Shown here: piece after piece, positions 54,697 to 64,000 of the stretch | How the letters are laid out: every line of letters starts with the position of its first letter | How positions within the stretch are numbered: the stretch's first letter is position 1 | Assembly: GCA_016177705.1 (NCBI GenBank) | Contig: JACOUT010000005.1 | Span: 158,374-222,373 of the forward strand | Reading direction: 5' to 3' | DNA from: Deltaproteobacteria bacterium | GTDB lineage: Bacteria > Myxococcota > UBA727 > VGSZ01 | Length of the DNA stretch: 64,000 bases | Made by a program: the position numbers and the translations under genes | The notes under the pieces: generated by a model | What the model saw: the letters and a program-made list of their open reading frames with translations, nothing else | What the model was told of the DNA's origin: nothing | Databases searched by the model: none

Positions 54697-56280
54697 TCAG
54701 CGCCGTCGCCGTCCTGGGCGCTCGACCCCGAGCCGGTCCATCTTCCCCATCAAGGTGCGCCGCGCGATGCCGAGCCGCAGGGCGGCGCGCTCGATGTTGC
54801 CGCTCTCGGCCGTCAGCGCCTCGCGCACCTGGGCGGCGGTCAGGCGGTGCGGGTTGACGGACGCCGTCGCCGCGACGTCGACCAGGCTCGGCCGCTGCCG
54901 CAGATCGTGCCTCGTTGGCTGGTCGTCCCAGTCGCTCGAGCGCTCGGTGCCGTACATCGCCTGCTCGAGCGCGAGGCGCGCACGCAGGTGCTCGTCGGTG
55001 ATGACGACCTGCACGGCGGTACTATCGGCCTGGTCGCACGCGGCGTGCGCGCACGCCTCGACCACGCCGCGCAACTGGCGCAGCTCGCCGAGCCAGCGCG
55101 CGTCCTTGAGCGCGGCGATCGCCTCGGGCGAGAAGCGCACGCGCCGGCTGCTGGCGCGCGTCGCCTCGGCCAGGAAGGCGCGCGCCAGGCCCGGGATGTC
55201 GGCGCGCCGGTCCACCAACGAGGGCACCGGCACGATGTCGCCGACGCCGAGGCGAAACTGCAGGTCGGGCCGCAGCGCGCTCGCCGCCAGCCGTGCCTTG
55301 CTGGCCGCGATGATGCGCAGCTCGGGCGGCGCGCGCTGCGCGTCAGGCGGAGCGCCGAGCGGCAAGAGCGCGGCGCGCCGCTCGATGACGTCGAGCAGGA
55401 AGCCCTGCGCCGCCGGGTTCAGGCTCTCAACCTCGTCGAGGAACAGCGTGCCGTCCTGCGCCGCGTACACCAGGCCGGTGAGCGCGTGCTCCGCTCCCGT
55501 GAAGGCGCCCTTGGCGTGGCCGAACAGCGCGGAGCGAAGCTGCGCCGGGTCGGCCGGCAGGCCCGCGCAGTTGACGGCGACGAAGCGGCCACGTGCGCCT
55601 GACGCGGCGTGGATCTGCTCCGCCGCGTGCGTCTTGCCGGCACCCGACGGGCCGACCAGCAACACCGTGCGACGGTGCCGCGCGGCGCTCTCGAGGGCCT
55701 GTGCCAACGCGCGGGCGGCGTCGGAGCGGCCGGTGTCGTCGGTGTCGCCCTCCGGCTCGCGCACGCGCGCCGGCGCTGCCAGCACCTCGAGCCAGGCGCG
55801 GCGCGAGCCCGCGAGCACGGCGTCGCCGGGCTCGAGGCGATGGCGCGCGCCGCCGATGCGCTCGGCCTCGAACAGCACGTCGTCGGCGAGCGAGCGCGCC
55901 AGGTGGTCGGCGCGCCCGACGAAGGTGCCGTTGGCGCTGTTGGCGTCCACCACCACCCAGCCGTCGTGGAACAAGAGCGTGCCGTGCATGCGCGAGGTGC
56001 GGTCACTGTCGACCAACAAGTCCGCGCTGGTGGTGCGACCGAAGGTGTAGGCGCGCCACGGGCTCAGCTCGTGGTCGTCGGTGCCGCCGTGCTCGTGGTG
56101 GACGCGCAGGTGCAGCGCCGCGCGCACCGCCTCGGTCATGGGGGCAGGCGGCGCCATCACCTCCATGTGCCGGCGGGGTCGAGCCCCCGCGGTGCTCTCC
56201 TGATCGGTCAGCGAGCCGCGCCGGCGTCTTGCGTCTCTGGCCTTCGTCATCGTGTCCCCTTCGGTTGCGGGGCCGCCCAC
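54697..56280 (-). CDS. Sigma-54-dependent transcriptional activator with an N-terminal FHA domain
   Basis: It has an FHA domain ([27 protein letters not shown]...[13 protein letters not shown]). An AAA+ sigma54-interaction domain is present ([12 protein letters not shown], a GAFTG box). A C-terminal Fis HTH follows. The exact start is uncertain. Confidence 0.8.
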   Translation of the reverse strand: MGGPATEGDTMTKARDARRRRGSLTDQESTAGARPRRHMEVMAPPAPMTEAVRAALHLRVHHEHGGTDDHELSPWRAYTFGRTTSADLLVDSDRTSRMHGTLLFHDGWVVVDANSANGTFVGRADHLARSLADDVLFEAERIGGARHRLEPGDAVLAGSRRAWLEVLAAPARVREPEGDTDDTGRSDAARALAQALESAARHRRTVLLVGPSGAGKTHAAEQIHAASGARGRFVAVNCAGLPADPAQLRSALFGHAKGAFTGAEHALTGLVYAAQDGTLFLDEVESLNPAAQGFLLDVIERRAALLPLGAPPDAQRAPPELRIIAASKARLAASALRPDLQFRLGVGDIVPVPSLVDRRADIPGLARAFLAEATRASSRRVRFSPEAIAALKDARWLGELRQLRGVVEACAHAACDQADSTAVQVVITDEHLRARLALEQAMYGTERSSDWDDQPTRHDLRQRPSLVDVAATASVNPHRLTAAQVREALTAESGNIERAALRLGIARRTLMGKMDRLGVERPGRRRR

Positions 56281-56358
56281 CCCGGACGCGATGCTAACGC
56301 GCTCGTTTCGCCCTCAGAGGGAGATCCGCGGTCGACGGCGCGCAATTGCGCGCACGGA

Positions 56359-57312
56359 TCAGGCGTCGCGCTCGACGAGCAGACGCACCGCGATGCCCGC
56401 GAGCACGATGGTGGCATGTCGCCCGCATTCCACGGCGCGTCGTCCCCTGGTCAAGACCACCCGGCGCGCGCCGTCCTGCACGGCGGTGCCGTTGGTGGAG
56501 CCGACGTCGGCCACCAAGAGCCCGTCGCCGCGCGCTGCCACCCAAACGTGCACGCGCGAAATGCGCGAGTCGACGCCGCCGCCGACGCAGCGCTCGAGCC
56601 GTCCGAGCAGCACGCCCTCTGACAGCGCGTGCTCGCCGACCGCCACGCGGCAGGCGTCACGCGCCCCGCCGTCGAGCGCGACGCCGAGGTGGGTCGCACC
56701 GTCCCGCCAGGCGCGCATCGGCGCCGGCACCGGCGCGCACACCGAGCGATCCCACGAGGCAACCTGGACCTCGGGCTGCGGTGCCAGCGGCAGCACGGCG
56801 AGGTCGAGCACGGCGCGCGCGCGCTCGACGCCGGCGTCCACCCGCTCGCCGGCGGCGAGCGGGATCGCGAGCACGTCGGCGGTGCCGGCGCCGAAGCGCA
56901 CCGCGCCCTCGGCGAGCACGCGGCGCAGGCCGTGCTCGCCGTCCTGTCGCAGCCCCTCCTCGGTGCGCAGGTCGACGACGTCGACGCAGCCGGGGCGCCG
57001 CTCCTGGTCGAGCAGCAGGAGCGCGTGGCGCAGCGAGGCGCCGAGCACCGGCCCGACGTCGCACTCGAGGTGCGCACCGAGCGATACCGCGAGCGGGCCG
57101 CCGTCGGGCGGCGCGGTGCGCAGCCAGCAGCCGACGCGATCGCGCGAGCGCTCGTCGCGCCAGCTCGCGACCACCACCAGCGCCGGCTGATCGAGCGCGG
57201 CGCGGCGCGCGCCCGCCAGGTCGGCGGTGATGGTGTCGAGGCGGTCGAGGTAGGGACGCAGGCTGGTGCGTGCGCGCGCTGGCGCGACCGCGGTGCGGGT
57301 GAAGCTCATGGT
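56359..57312 (-). CDS. FHA-domain protein
   Basis: Assigned from the ATG at 57312. A C-terminal FHA domain is present (LLVADVGSTNGTAVQDGARRV). Confidence 0.55.
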   Translation of the reverse strand, partial: TMSFTRTAVAPARARTSLRPYLDRLDTITADLAGARRAALDQPALVVVASWRDERSRDRVGCWLRTAPPDGGPLAVSLGAHLECDVGPVLGASLRHALLLLDQERRPGCVDVVDLRTEEGLRQDGEHGLRRVLAEGAVRFGAGTADVLAIPLAAGERVDAGVERARAVLDLAVLPLAPQPEVQVASWDRSVCAPVPAPMRAWRDGATHLGVALDGGARDACRVAVGEHALSEGVLLGRLERCVGGGVDSRISRVHVWVAARGDGLLVADVGSTNGTAVQDGARRVVLTRGRRAVECGRHATIVLAGIAVRLLVERDA

Positions 57313-57462
57313 GACCTCCTGGTGGCGCGACCTGTAGCGGGCGCCGTGCCAGCGCCGACGTCGCGGCGTGGCGCGCCCGTCCGCGGCAGCGCGCGCGACC
57401 AGGCGCCCGCGAGGCAACCTCCCTGGCAGGTCTGCCTGGCAGCGGGCGCCGCTCTGCGCGCG

Positions 57463-58128
57463 TCAGATGTCCTTGCCGCGCAGCCGCGCGCGCTGCTCGG
57501 CGACGCCGTGCCCCGCCTCCGCGACCGGCACGAACTGCCCGCGCTCGTCGGAGAAGGCGTGCACGGCGCCGGTCTCGATGTCGTAGACCCAGGCGTGCAG
57601 TGTCAGCTCGCGCGCGGCCAGCTTGGCCATCACCGACGGGTGCGTGCGCAGGTTCTCGATCTGACACATGACGTTCTCCTCGACGCAGACGTCCTGCAGC
57701 GCGTCGGCGTCGAGGCCGGGGTAGTGCTTGGCGAGCACGCGGCGCGTGCCCTCGGCATACGTGAGCCACTGCTTCATGGCGGGCAGCTTCGCCACCTTCT
57801 CCGGGTGGAGGATGGCCGACATGGCGCCACAGTGCGTGTGGCCGCAGACGATGACGTCGCTGACGTCGAGGCACTCGAGCGCGTACTCGATGGTGGCGGC
57901 AGCGCCGCTCTCCTGGCCCCAGGGTGGGATCAGGTTGCCGGCATTGCGCACGATGAACAGGTCGCCCGGGTTGGTCTGCGTGATCAGGTTGGGCGCGATG
58001 CGCGAGTCCGAGCAGGTGATGAACAGCGCGTCGGGCGCCTGCCCGTCGACCAGGCGCTTGAACAGCTCGCGCTGCGGTCCGAACACGCCCGACTGGAAGC
58101 GATGGATGCCGTCGATGAGCTGGCGCAT
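57463..58128 (-). CDS. Beta-class carbonic anhydrase
   Basis: It carries the zinc ligands in the conserved context (ITCSDSRIAP and VCGHTHCGAM). Confidence 0.85.
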   Translation of the reverse strand: MRQLIDGIHRFQSGVFGPQRELFKRLVDGQAPDALFITCSDSRIAPNLITQTNPGDLFIVRNAGNLIPPWGQESGAAATIEYALECLDVSDVIVCGHTHCGAMSAILHPEKVAKLPAMKQWLTYAEGTRRVLAKHYPGLDADALQDVCVEENVMCQIENLRTHPSVMAKLAARELTLHAWVYDIETGAVHAFSDERGQFVPVAEAGHGVAEQRARLRGKDI

Positions 58129-58246
58129 CGCGCAACCCTACCCCGATCCGGGCGCCGACCCGGTGGACGGCGGTCCCTGCCGGCCGCAGCCCGGCAAATG
58201 TGCAGCTGCACTGGCCAACCGACCCGAGCGCGGCGATCATGGGCGC

Positions 58247-60658
58247 GTGCCAGTCATCGACCGCCACTCCGTCCGCCGCCGTCGCCTCGAGGGCGAGCAG
58301 GGCAACGTCGGCGGCACGGGCACGGTTCATCGCACCGGCAACGTCGAGGGCGGCGGCGACCCCACGCAGGTCGGCGGGGTCCAGCTCGAGGCGCCGGTGC
58401 CGTCGGCGGGCGGCACGCTGCATGCGCCGGTCGGGCCGGCCAAGAACCCCGCGCTGCGCGCGCACCAGCTCCAGCGCGCGCTCGAGACCAAGGGCGGCGC
58501 GCGGCTGCTGCACGGCGTCGGCGAGGCGTCCGCCGAGTGGGCGCGCGCCAGCCTGGCCGGCAGCGCCGTCATTCGCGTGTTCGCACGCACGCCCGAAGCG
58601 CCCTTCGCCGTGCTCGAAGCCGCGGCGCGCAAGGAGCTGCAGCGCCACGGGCTTGCCGGTCACGACGTCAGCGCGCTGTTTGCTCGATTGGTCGAGATGG
58701 GCGTGCTCGCCGAGACCGGCGATCGCGCCGCGCCCTACGCGCTCGCGGTCACCAAGGAGGAGGCCGCCTTCCAGCTCGGCGACGTCGGCGCGCTGCAGGG
58801 CGCCCTGACCGCGGCGCTCAAGGACGTCGCCAAGGACGCGCCGCAGGCGCGCGTGCGTTTGCAGAGCCTGCTCTTGCGCTGCGCGCGCGCCAGCGAGACC
58901 TGGCCGCGCTACCCGGTGGAAGCGCGCTGGCCGTTCCTGAAGGCGGTGGCCTTGCTCGACAAGCGCGAGCAGTCGCTGCTGTCGGACGCGCTCGCGAGCG
59001 ACCCGCAGTTGCGGCACTTCCCGCTCGTCGACACCACGCTGTTGATGCTGAGCGGCCGCCCCGCCGATGATTGGGTCAAGCAGTACGCGCCGCGGCTCGC
59101 CGGCAGCGCCGTCTACACCGTCGCCGCCGAGGGGTGGTTCGCCGCCGGCGGCCTCGGCCGCGTGCAGCAGTACCACGCCGCCGCCATGAAGCAGCTCGTC
59201 GGCAAGGAGGCGCGCGTCGTCACCATCGAGCCCTTCTACGCCAAGACCGCGCAAGGGCAGGACATCGACTACGGCAAGCTGCCCACGCCGGTGCAGCTCG
59301 GCCCCGCGCCGGAGCACGTCTTCGAGGTGATGGTCGACGGTCGCATGGTGAAGGCCGAGGCGTGGAAGGGCACCACGCCCGAGGGCGTCGAGGCCTGGCT
59401 TCTCAAGGACGCCGACCACCGCCACACCAAGGTCTGCTACGGCTACAACCGCGACGGCCAGAGCTGTTGGGAGGACTTCACCGAGTTCTTCTCGCGCGCC
59501 TCGGCCGAGCTGATGCGGACGCTCGAGGCCAAGGAGCAGCAGACGCGCGGCGCCAGCTACAAGCCGCCGGCGATCATCGCCAACGACGGCCAGGCGGCGC
59601 CCGTGGTGCCCTTCTTGAAAGAGATCGAGAAGCGCGACCCGACGCTCAAGCACGCGGCCACCTGGATGGTGACCCACACCTACAAGAACCGCGGCGTGTT
59701 CGACGGCGTGCAGCAGGCCGACGGCCTGCTCGCGCGCTGGCGCATCCACGACGAGCTGCGCGCCTCGTTCTGGCGCATCGGCGCCGCCGACGTCTCGAGC
59801 GGCGGCGTGCGAAACGCCCACGGTGCCTCCGGCGTCTCGGCCGTGCACGTCGATGAGGTCAACCCGATCGATCCCAAGGTCGCGCTGGTCGCCATCACCA
59901 ACGGCGACAACCGCGTGGCGTCCTCCTCGGTGTTCCGCGGCCTGCTGCCGCCGGGCGCCGACGCCGACGCGCCCACGCCTGCCGAGCTGGCGGTAGCCAA
60001 GCGCTCGGCCAAGCAGGCGCTCGGGCTCGACCCAAACCAGCCCGTCATTTCGTACTCGGGCCGGCTGGTCGACGAGAAGGCCGGCCGCCAGCGCGCCTTC
60101 ACCGACGACAACCTGCGCGCGCTCGTCAAGCAGGGCGCGCAGGTGGTGCTCTACGGCAACGTGCAGGCCTTCGCGGCCAGCGAGGCCATCTGGCGCGACC
60201 TGCAGCGCCTGGCCGACGAGCTCGCCAAGGGCCCGGGGCCTGGCCGGCTGGTGCTCAAGAGCGGCTGGGGTGTCGCCGAGCAGCGGGCGCTGCTCGCTGC
60301 CACCGACGTGCAGGTGCAAGACAGCGACCGCGGTACCGGTGCGGCCGAGTACACCGAGGCCGACGTCTCGGCCAACGGCGGCCTGCAGATGGGCCCGCCG
60401 TGGATCGAGGGCATCATCAACCGACAGGGCGTGCTCGTCGATCGCGAGAGCCCCGGCAGCGGCAACACGCTGATCCCGGCCGACGCGCAGCCCTCGTCGT
60501 ACCTGGAGACGCTGTCGTGGGCCGTCGAGCGCTTCAACGACGGCACGCTGTCGCAGTGGCAGGCCTCGAGCGTGCGGCTGTCGCGCAGCCTGGAGGCGCT
60601 GCTCACCTCGAGCGAGTACCTGCGCCAGCTCGATCGGGTCTTGAGCCTGACCGAGTAG
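58247..60658 (+). CDS. Large GT5-like (glycogen/starch-synthase-fold) glycosyltransferase domain protein
   Basis: It has a GlgA-like KxGGLGxV motif (AAEGWFAAGGLGRVQQY) and a Rossmann-fold GT-B pattern. The start is not determinable, because the 976-aa ORF begins inside the carbonic-anhydrase gene. The GTG at 58247 is tentative. Confidence 0.5.
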   Translation: MPVIDRHSVRRRRLEGEQGNVGGTGTVHRTGNVEGGGDPTQVGGVQLEAPVPSAGGTLHAPVGPAKNPALRAHQLQRALETKGGARLLHGVGEASAEWARASLAGSAVIRVFARTPEAPFAVLEAAARKELQRHGLAGHDVSALFARLVEMGVLAETGDRAAPYALAVTKEEAAFQLGDVGALQGALTAALKDVAKDAPQARVRLQSLLLRCARASETWPRYPVEARWPFLKAVALLDKREQSLLSDALASDPQLRHFPLVDTTLLMLSGRPADDWVKQYAPRLAGSAVYTVAAEGWFAAGGLGRVQQYHAAAMKQLVGKEARVVTIEPFYAKTAQGQDIDYGKLPTPVQLGPAPEHVFEVMVDGRMVKAEAWKGTTPEGVEAWLLKDADHRHTKVCYGYNRDGQSCWEDFTEFFSRASAELMRTLEAKEQQTRGASYKPPAIIANDGQAAPVVPFLKEIEKRDPTLKHAATWMVTHTYKNRGVFDGVQQADGLLARWRIHDELRASFWRIGAADVSSGGVRNAHGASGVSAVHVDEVNPIDPKVALVAITNGDNRVASSSVFRGLLPPGADADAPTPAELAVAKRSAKQALGLDPNQPVISYSGRLVDEKAGRQRAFTDDNLRALVKQGAQVVLYGNVQAFAASEAIWRDLQRLADELAKGPGPGRLVLKSGWGVAEQRALLAATDVQVQDSDRGTGAAEYTEADVSANGGLQMGPPWIEGIINRQGVLVDRESPGSGNTLIPADAQPSSYLETLSWAVERFNDGTLSQWQASSVRLSRSLEALLTSSEYLRQLDRVLSLTE

Positions 60659-60700
60659 CTCGGCGGCCAGCACTGAGCCTCCGAAAAGGTACCCAGAAGC

Positions 60701-60732
60701 ACCCATAAAGTGTTATGGGTACTTATGGGTAG
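60701..60732. promoter_or_regulatory. Perfect palindrome ACCCATAA-AGTG-TTATGGGT plus an extra TTATGGGTA half-site, overlapping the Fic gene start
   Basis: cacccataaagtgttatgggtacttatgggtagc was read directly from the sequence. Local GC is about 45% against about 70% in the rest of the window. Coordinates are accurate to +/-1. Confidence 0.6.
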
Positions 60733-61783
60733 CATTCTGGATGCCGACCTCGACGATCTGGAGGCGCTCGTGGTCACCCGCGAGCTGCTCGGCCTGATCG
60801 CCAAGGTCGACGAGCTGAAGGGCCGTTGGTCGGCGCTCGGCACGCTCGCGCCCGAGCGGCTCGGCGCCCTCAAGAAGGTCGCCACCATCGAGTCGGTCGG
60901 GTCCTCGACGCGCATCGAAGGCGCGACCCTGAGCGACGTCGAGGTAGGCAGGCTGTTGCGCGGCCTCGACGTGCGCTCGTTCCGCTCGCGCGACGAGGAG
61001 GAGGTCGCCGGCTACGCGCGCGCCATGGAGCTGGTGTTCGACAGCTACACCGAGATGCCGCTGACCGAGAACCTGATCAAGCACCTCCACCAGGTGCTCT
61101 TGCAGTTCGCGAGCAAGGACCGGCGCCACCGCGGCGAGTACAAGAAGCTGCCGAACGACGTCCAGGCGTTCGGGCCCGACGGTACGCCGATCGGCGTGGT
61201 GTTTCGCACCGCCACGCCGTTTTCGACCCCGCGGCGGATGCAGGCGCTGACGTCGACGACCGCAGCGGCGCTCGCCGACGGCCGCGACCATCCGCTGCTC
61301 GTCATCGGCGTCTTCGTGTTGCGCTTCCTCGCCATCCACCCGTTCCAGGACGGCAACGGCCGCCTCTCACGCATCTTGACGACGTTGTTGCTGCTGCGCG
61401 CCGGCTATCTCTACGTGCCCTATTCGTCGCTCGAGCGCGTCATCGAGGAGAACAAGGAGGGCTACTACCTGGCGCTCCGACATGCGCAGCACGACCGCGG
61501 GCGTCTCGGCGAGTGGCTGGTGTTCTTCCTGCGCGCGCTCCGCCGGCAACAAGAGGTGCTGGTCACGCGCGTCGAGCGAGAGCGACTGATGGACCCGATG
61601 CCGGAGCTGCAAGAGCGCCTGCTGGCGCTCGCCCGGGAGCACGGGCGCCTGACCGTGCGTGCGGCGACCGCTGCGCTCGAGGCCAACCGCGAGACCGTCA
61701 AGGCCAACATCGGCAAGTTGGTCGACAAGCGCCTGCTGGTGCTGCGCGGCAAGGGCAAGGGCGCTTGGTACGAGCCAGCGTGA
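60725..61783 (+). CDS. Fic/DOC-family protein (putative AMPylating toxin-like)
   Basis: It has the canonical Fic motif HPFQDGNGRLSR and a C-terminal winged-helix-like tail. The ATG start is the sixth codon of the listed ORF. Confidence 0.8.
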   Translation: MGSILDADLDDLEALVVTRELLGLIAKVDELKGRWSALGTLAPERLGALKKVATIESVGSSTRIEGATLSDVEVGRLLRGLDVRSFRSRDEEEVAGYARAMELVFDSYTEMPLTENLIKHLHQVLLQFASKDRRHRGEYKKLPNDVQAFGPDGTPIGVVFRTATPFSTPRRMQALTSTTAAALADGRDHPLLVIGVFVLRFLAIHPFQDGNGRLSRILTTLLLLRAGYLYVPYSSLERVIEENKEGYYLALRHAQHDRGRLGEWLVFFLRALRRQQEVLVTRVERERLMDPMPELQERLLALAREHGRLTVRAATAALEANRETVKANIGKLVDKRLLVLRGKGKGAWYEPA

Positions 61784-61816
61784 ATCGCGTGGCGCGCCTG
61801 CGCTACCGTTGTCGCC

Positions 61817-62320
61817 GTGGCCAAGCGACCGACCATCGACAAGCGCGCGCTGCTCGCGCAATTGCGCGCCGACGAAGAGCGCGCGCTCGCCACCATGCAG
61901 CAGGCCGCCGACATCGCGCGCGCCGCGGCGGCGCACGAGGAGATGCGCCCCGAGAACGACAAGGACACGCGCGCGCTCGAGGCCGGCTACCTCGCGGCCG
62001 GGCAGTCGGCGCGCGCCGCCGAGCTGCGCAAGAGCATCGCCGCCCTCGCCGCGCTGCAGCCGCGCGCGTTCGCGCCCGGCGACCGCATCGACGTCCTCGC
62101 CGTCGTCGACGTCGAGGATGCGGACGACGCCAAGGCGGCCCGCTACTTCATCGCCCCGGTCGGCGGCGGCAAGAAGCTCACGGCCGCAGGCTGCACGCTG
62201 CTCGTCGTAACGCCCGGCTCACCGCTCGGCGATGCGCTGATGGGGAAGCGCGCCGGCGACGTCGTGGAGGTGCTGCTCGGCGGCAAGCGCCGCGAGCTCG
62301 AGGTCGTCGCCGTCTGCTAG
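61817..62320 (+). CDS. GreA/GreB-family protein (coiled coil plus FKBP-like C-domain)
   Basis: It has an N-terminal helical region and a C-terminal GreA-C-like segment (FAPGDRIDVLAVVDVED...RYFIAPVGGG). It starts with a GTG. Confidence 0.6.
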   Translation: MAKRPTIDKRALLAQLRADEERALATMQQAADIARAAAAHEEMRPENDKDTRALEAGYLAAGQSARAAELRKSIAALAALQPRAFAPGDRIDVLAVVDVEDADDAKAARYFIAPVGGGKKLTAAGCTLLVVTPGSPLGDALMGKRAGDVVEVLLGGKRRELEVVAVC

Positions 62321-62402
62321 CGGCGCGGGCGACCGCCGCGACGGTACGGCGGTCCGCGCCCAGCCGGTTGACCGGGCGCGACCTCGATGGGAATGCCGCT
62401 GC

Positions 62403-63617
62403 GTGGAGTCACCGCACGACCGCTGGCAGCGCCTGCGCCGAGCCATCAAGGACGTGCCGCTGCCGTGCGCGCTGGTCGACCTCGACGCGCTCGAGCAGAA
62501 TGCGCGCACGCTCGATGCCATCGCGCGCGACCACAAGAAGACGCTGCGCCTCGCCACCAAGTCGGTGCGCTGCCCGCGCCTCATTCGCCTGATCCTCGAG
62601 GGCGGGCAGGGCACGGTGCGCGGGCTGATGACCTACACCGCCAGCGAGACCGCCTTCCTCGCCGCCGAGGGCCACGACGACCTGCTGCTCGCCTACCCGA
62701 CGGCGCAGCGATCGGACGCCGAGCTGCTCGCGGGGCTGTGCGCGCAGGGCAAGACCGTGGCGGTGGTGTGCGACGACGAGGTGCAGCTCGCCGTGCTCGA
62801 CGCCGCCGCCGCGCGGGCGGACACCAAGCTGGGCATCTGCGCCGAGCTCGACGTCTCCTATCGGCCGGCGCCCGGCCTGCACCTCGGCGGACGCAGGAGC
62901 CCGCTGCACACGCCCGCCGACGTGGTCGCGTTCGCCGCGCGCGTGCGCGCGCACGCGCACCTCAGGTTCGACGGCGTCATGGCCTACGAAGGCCACATTG
63001 CGGGCTCGACCGACAAGAACCCGTTTACGCCCGTGATGAACGTGCCCAAGCGCCTGGTGAAGCTGCTGTCGAAGGACAAGGTGGCGCACACGCGCGCACA
63101 GGCGGCGAGCGCGCTACGCGCGGCCGGGCACGAGCTGCGCGTGGTCAACGGCGGCGGCACCGGCAGCCTGCGCTGGGCCAGCGACGAGGACGCGCTCACC
63201 GAGGTGACGGCGGGTTCCGGTTACGTCGACAGTCAGCTCTTCTCCTACTACCGCGACCTGCACCTCGAGCCCGCGGCCTACTTCGCGCTGCAGGTGGTGC
63301 GCCGGCCCGCGCCGGGCATCGTCGCCTGCCACGGCGGTGGCTACGTCGCCTCCGGCGAGGCGGGCGTCGACCGCCTGCCCACACCGGCGTTGCCGGCCGG
63401 CGGCGCGCTCATCGGCTTCGAGGGCGCGGGCGAGGTGCAGACGCCGGTGGTGCTGCCGCGCGGCGTCGACGTCGCGCCCGGCGAGCCGTTCTTCTTCCGC
63501 CACGCCAAGGCGGGCGAGCTGGCTGAGCACTTCACCGAGTACCTGCTCGTGCGGGGCGACCGCATCGTCGAGCGGGCGCCCACCTACCGCGGCCTCGGCC
63601 ACTGCTTCCTCGGATGA
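62403..63617 (+). CDS. PLP-dependent alanine-racemase-fold enzyme (D-serine dehydratase-like/D-threonine-aldolase-like)
   Basis: It has an alanine-racemase N-domain pattern with a Lys in LRLATKSVRCP and a C-terminal DSD1-like beta domain. Confidence 0.65.
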   Translation: MESPHDRWQRLRRAIKDVPLPCALVDLDALEQNARTLDAIARDHKKTLRLATKSVRCPRLIRLILEGGQGTVRGLMTYTASETAFLAAEGHDDLLLAYPTAQRSDAELLAGLCAQGKTVAVVCDDEVQLAVLDAAAARADTKLGICAELDVSYRPAPGLHLGGRRSPLHTPADVVAFAARVRAHAHLRFDGVMAYEGHIAGSTDKNPFTPVMNVPKRLVKLLSKDKVAHTRAQAASALRAAGHELRVVNGGGTGSLRWASDEDALTEVTAGSGYVDSQLFSYYRDLHLEPAAYFALQVVRRPAPGIVACHGGGYVASGEAGVDRLPTPALPAGGALIGFEGAGEVQTPVVLPRGVDVAPGEPFFFRHAKAGELAEHFTEYLLVRGDRIVERAPTYRGLGHCFLG

Positions 63618-64000
63618 CCATGAAGCTCGCGTACACCGACAAGAGCCAGGATCCCGCCGGCTGGGCCAAGCAGCTCGGCATCTCGCGCGAGGCCGTCGAC
63701 ATTTACCTCGCCAGCGATGTGCTCGACCTGCACATCGAGACCTTCATCTGGCAGCGCATCCTCGGCTACGACATGCACAAGCGCCACGGCCGCGAGCCGT
63801 TCGGCGCGCGTGGCCTCGGGCAGATCGACATGCCGCGCGCGCGCGAGGCGTGCATCACCGGCGGCACGTGGTCGATCTCGACCTACCCACTGCGCACCGC
63901 CGAGGGGCGCGCGCGCGCCTTCGTCGAGAACCAGGCGTGGCTCAAGCGCATCCTCGAGAGCGCCGACGAGGACTACGCGCTGTGCCGTAACCTGGCCGAG
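63616..64000 (+). CDS. Membrane-dipeptidase (M19)-like protein, N-terminal part (runs off window end)
   Basis: It is ATGA-coupled to the PLP enzyme. A VLDLHIETF segment resembles the M19 metal-binding D-x-H region. Confidence 0.5.

Noticed and set aside
58200-58808. 202-aa ORF (MQLHWPTDPS...) upstream of and inside the GT5-like gene
   Set aside because: It is Arg/Ser/Ala/Pro-rich with no structure-like pattern. It is in a different frame from the GT5-like body. It was retained only as evidence that the GT5-like start is unresolved.
56657-60706. 1349-aa minus-strand ORF
   Set aside because: It is composed of extreme Arg/Gly/Ala low-complexity sequence and overlaps the carbonic anhydrase, FHA and GT5-like genes. 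It is a GC-skew artefact.

Overview
This is a high-GC (~70%) window with dense coding on both strands, typical of a large Myxococcota chromosome. Supporting that assignment: two proteins end in MYXO-CTERM-type sorting tails (GCGC-TM-RRRR), and there are DUF4388-like and FHA-sigma54 activator proteins, 'Myxococcus cysteine-rich repeat'-like proteins, many lipoproteins and several two-component systems. No rRNA, tRNA, CRISPR array or obvious transposase was seen.

Housekeeping genes recognised: partial cysH with a ferredoxin-type sulfite reductase, lgt, glmU, uvrA, moaC, zapA, a beta-carbonic anhydrase and a PlsC-like acyltransferase.

The accessory content is the more interesting part:
(1) an orphan SctJ/FliF-like ring lipoprotein next to a FliG-like protein and an RCK-gated K+ channel, with no other secretion or flagellar genes;
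(2) a long co-directional block under an FHA-sigma54 activator: a CoA-disulfide-reductase/rhodanese fusion, two overlapping radical-SAM genes, a Cys-rich MYXO-CTERM protein, an HEXXH lipoprotein, a membrane protein and a triple C-type-lectin lipoprotein with a (Glu-Gly)n linker;
(3) a ThDP enzyme fused by ATGA to a KAS-III-like condensing enzyme;
(4) three GTGA-coupled paralogous lipoproteins convergent with a signal-peptide-bearing PEP-utilising/PPDK-like giant protein;
(5) a low-GC islet carrying a Fic toxin-like gene with a perfect palindrome at its start;
(6) a tetR-MGT glycosyltransferase coupled pair.

Gene starts in this GC-rich DNA are approximate. Many long Arg/Gly/Ala-rich ORFs on the opposite strands are artefacts and were rejected.
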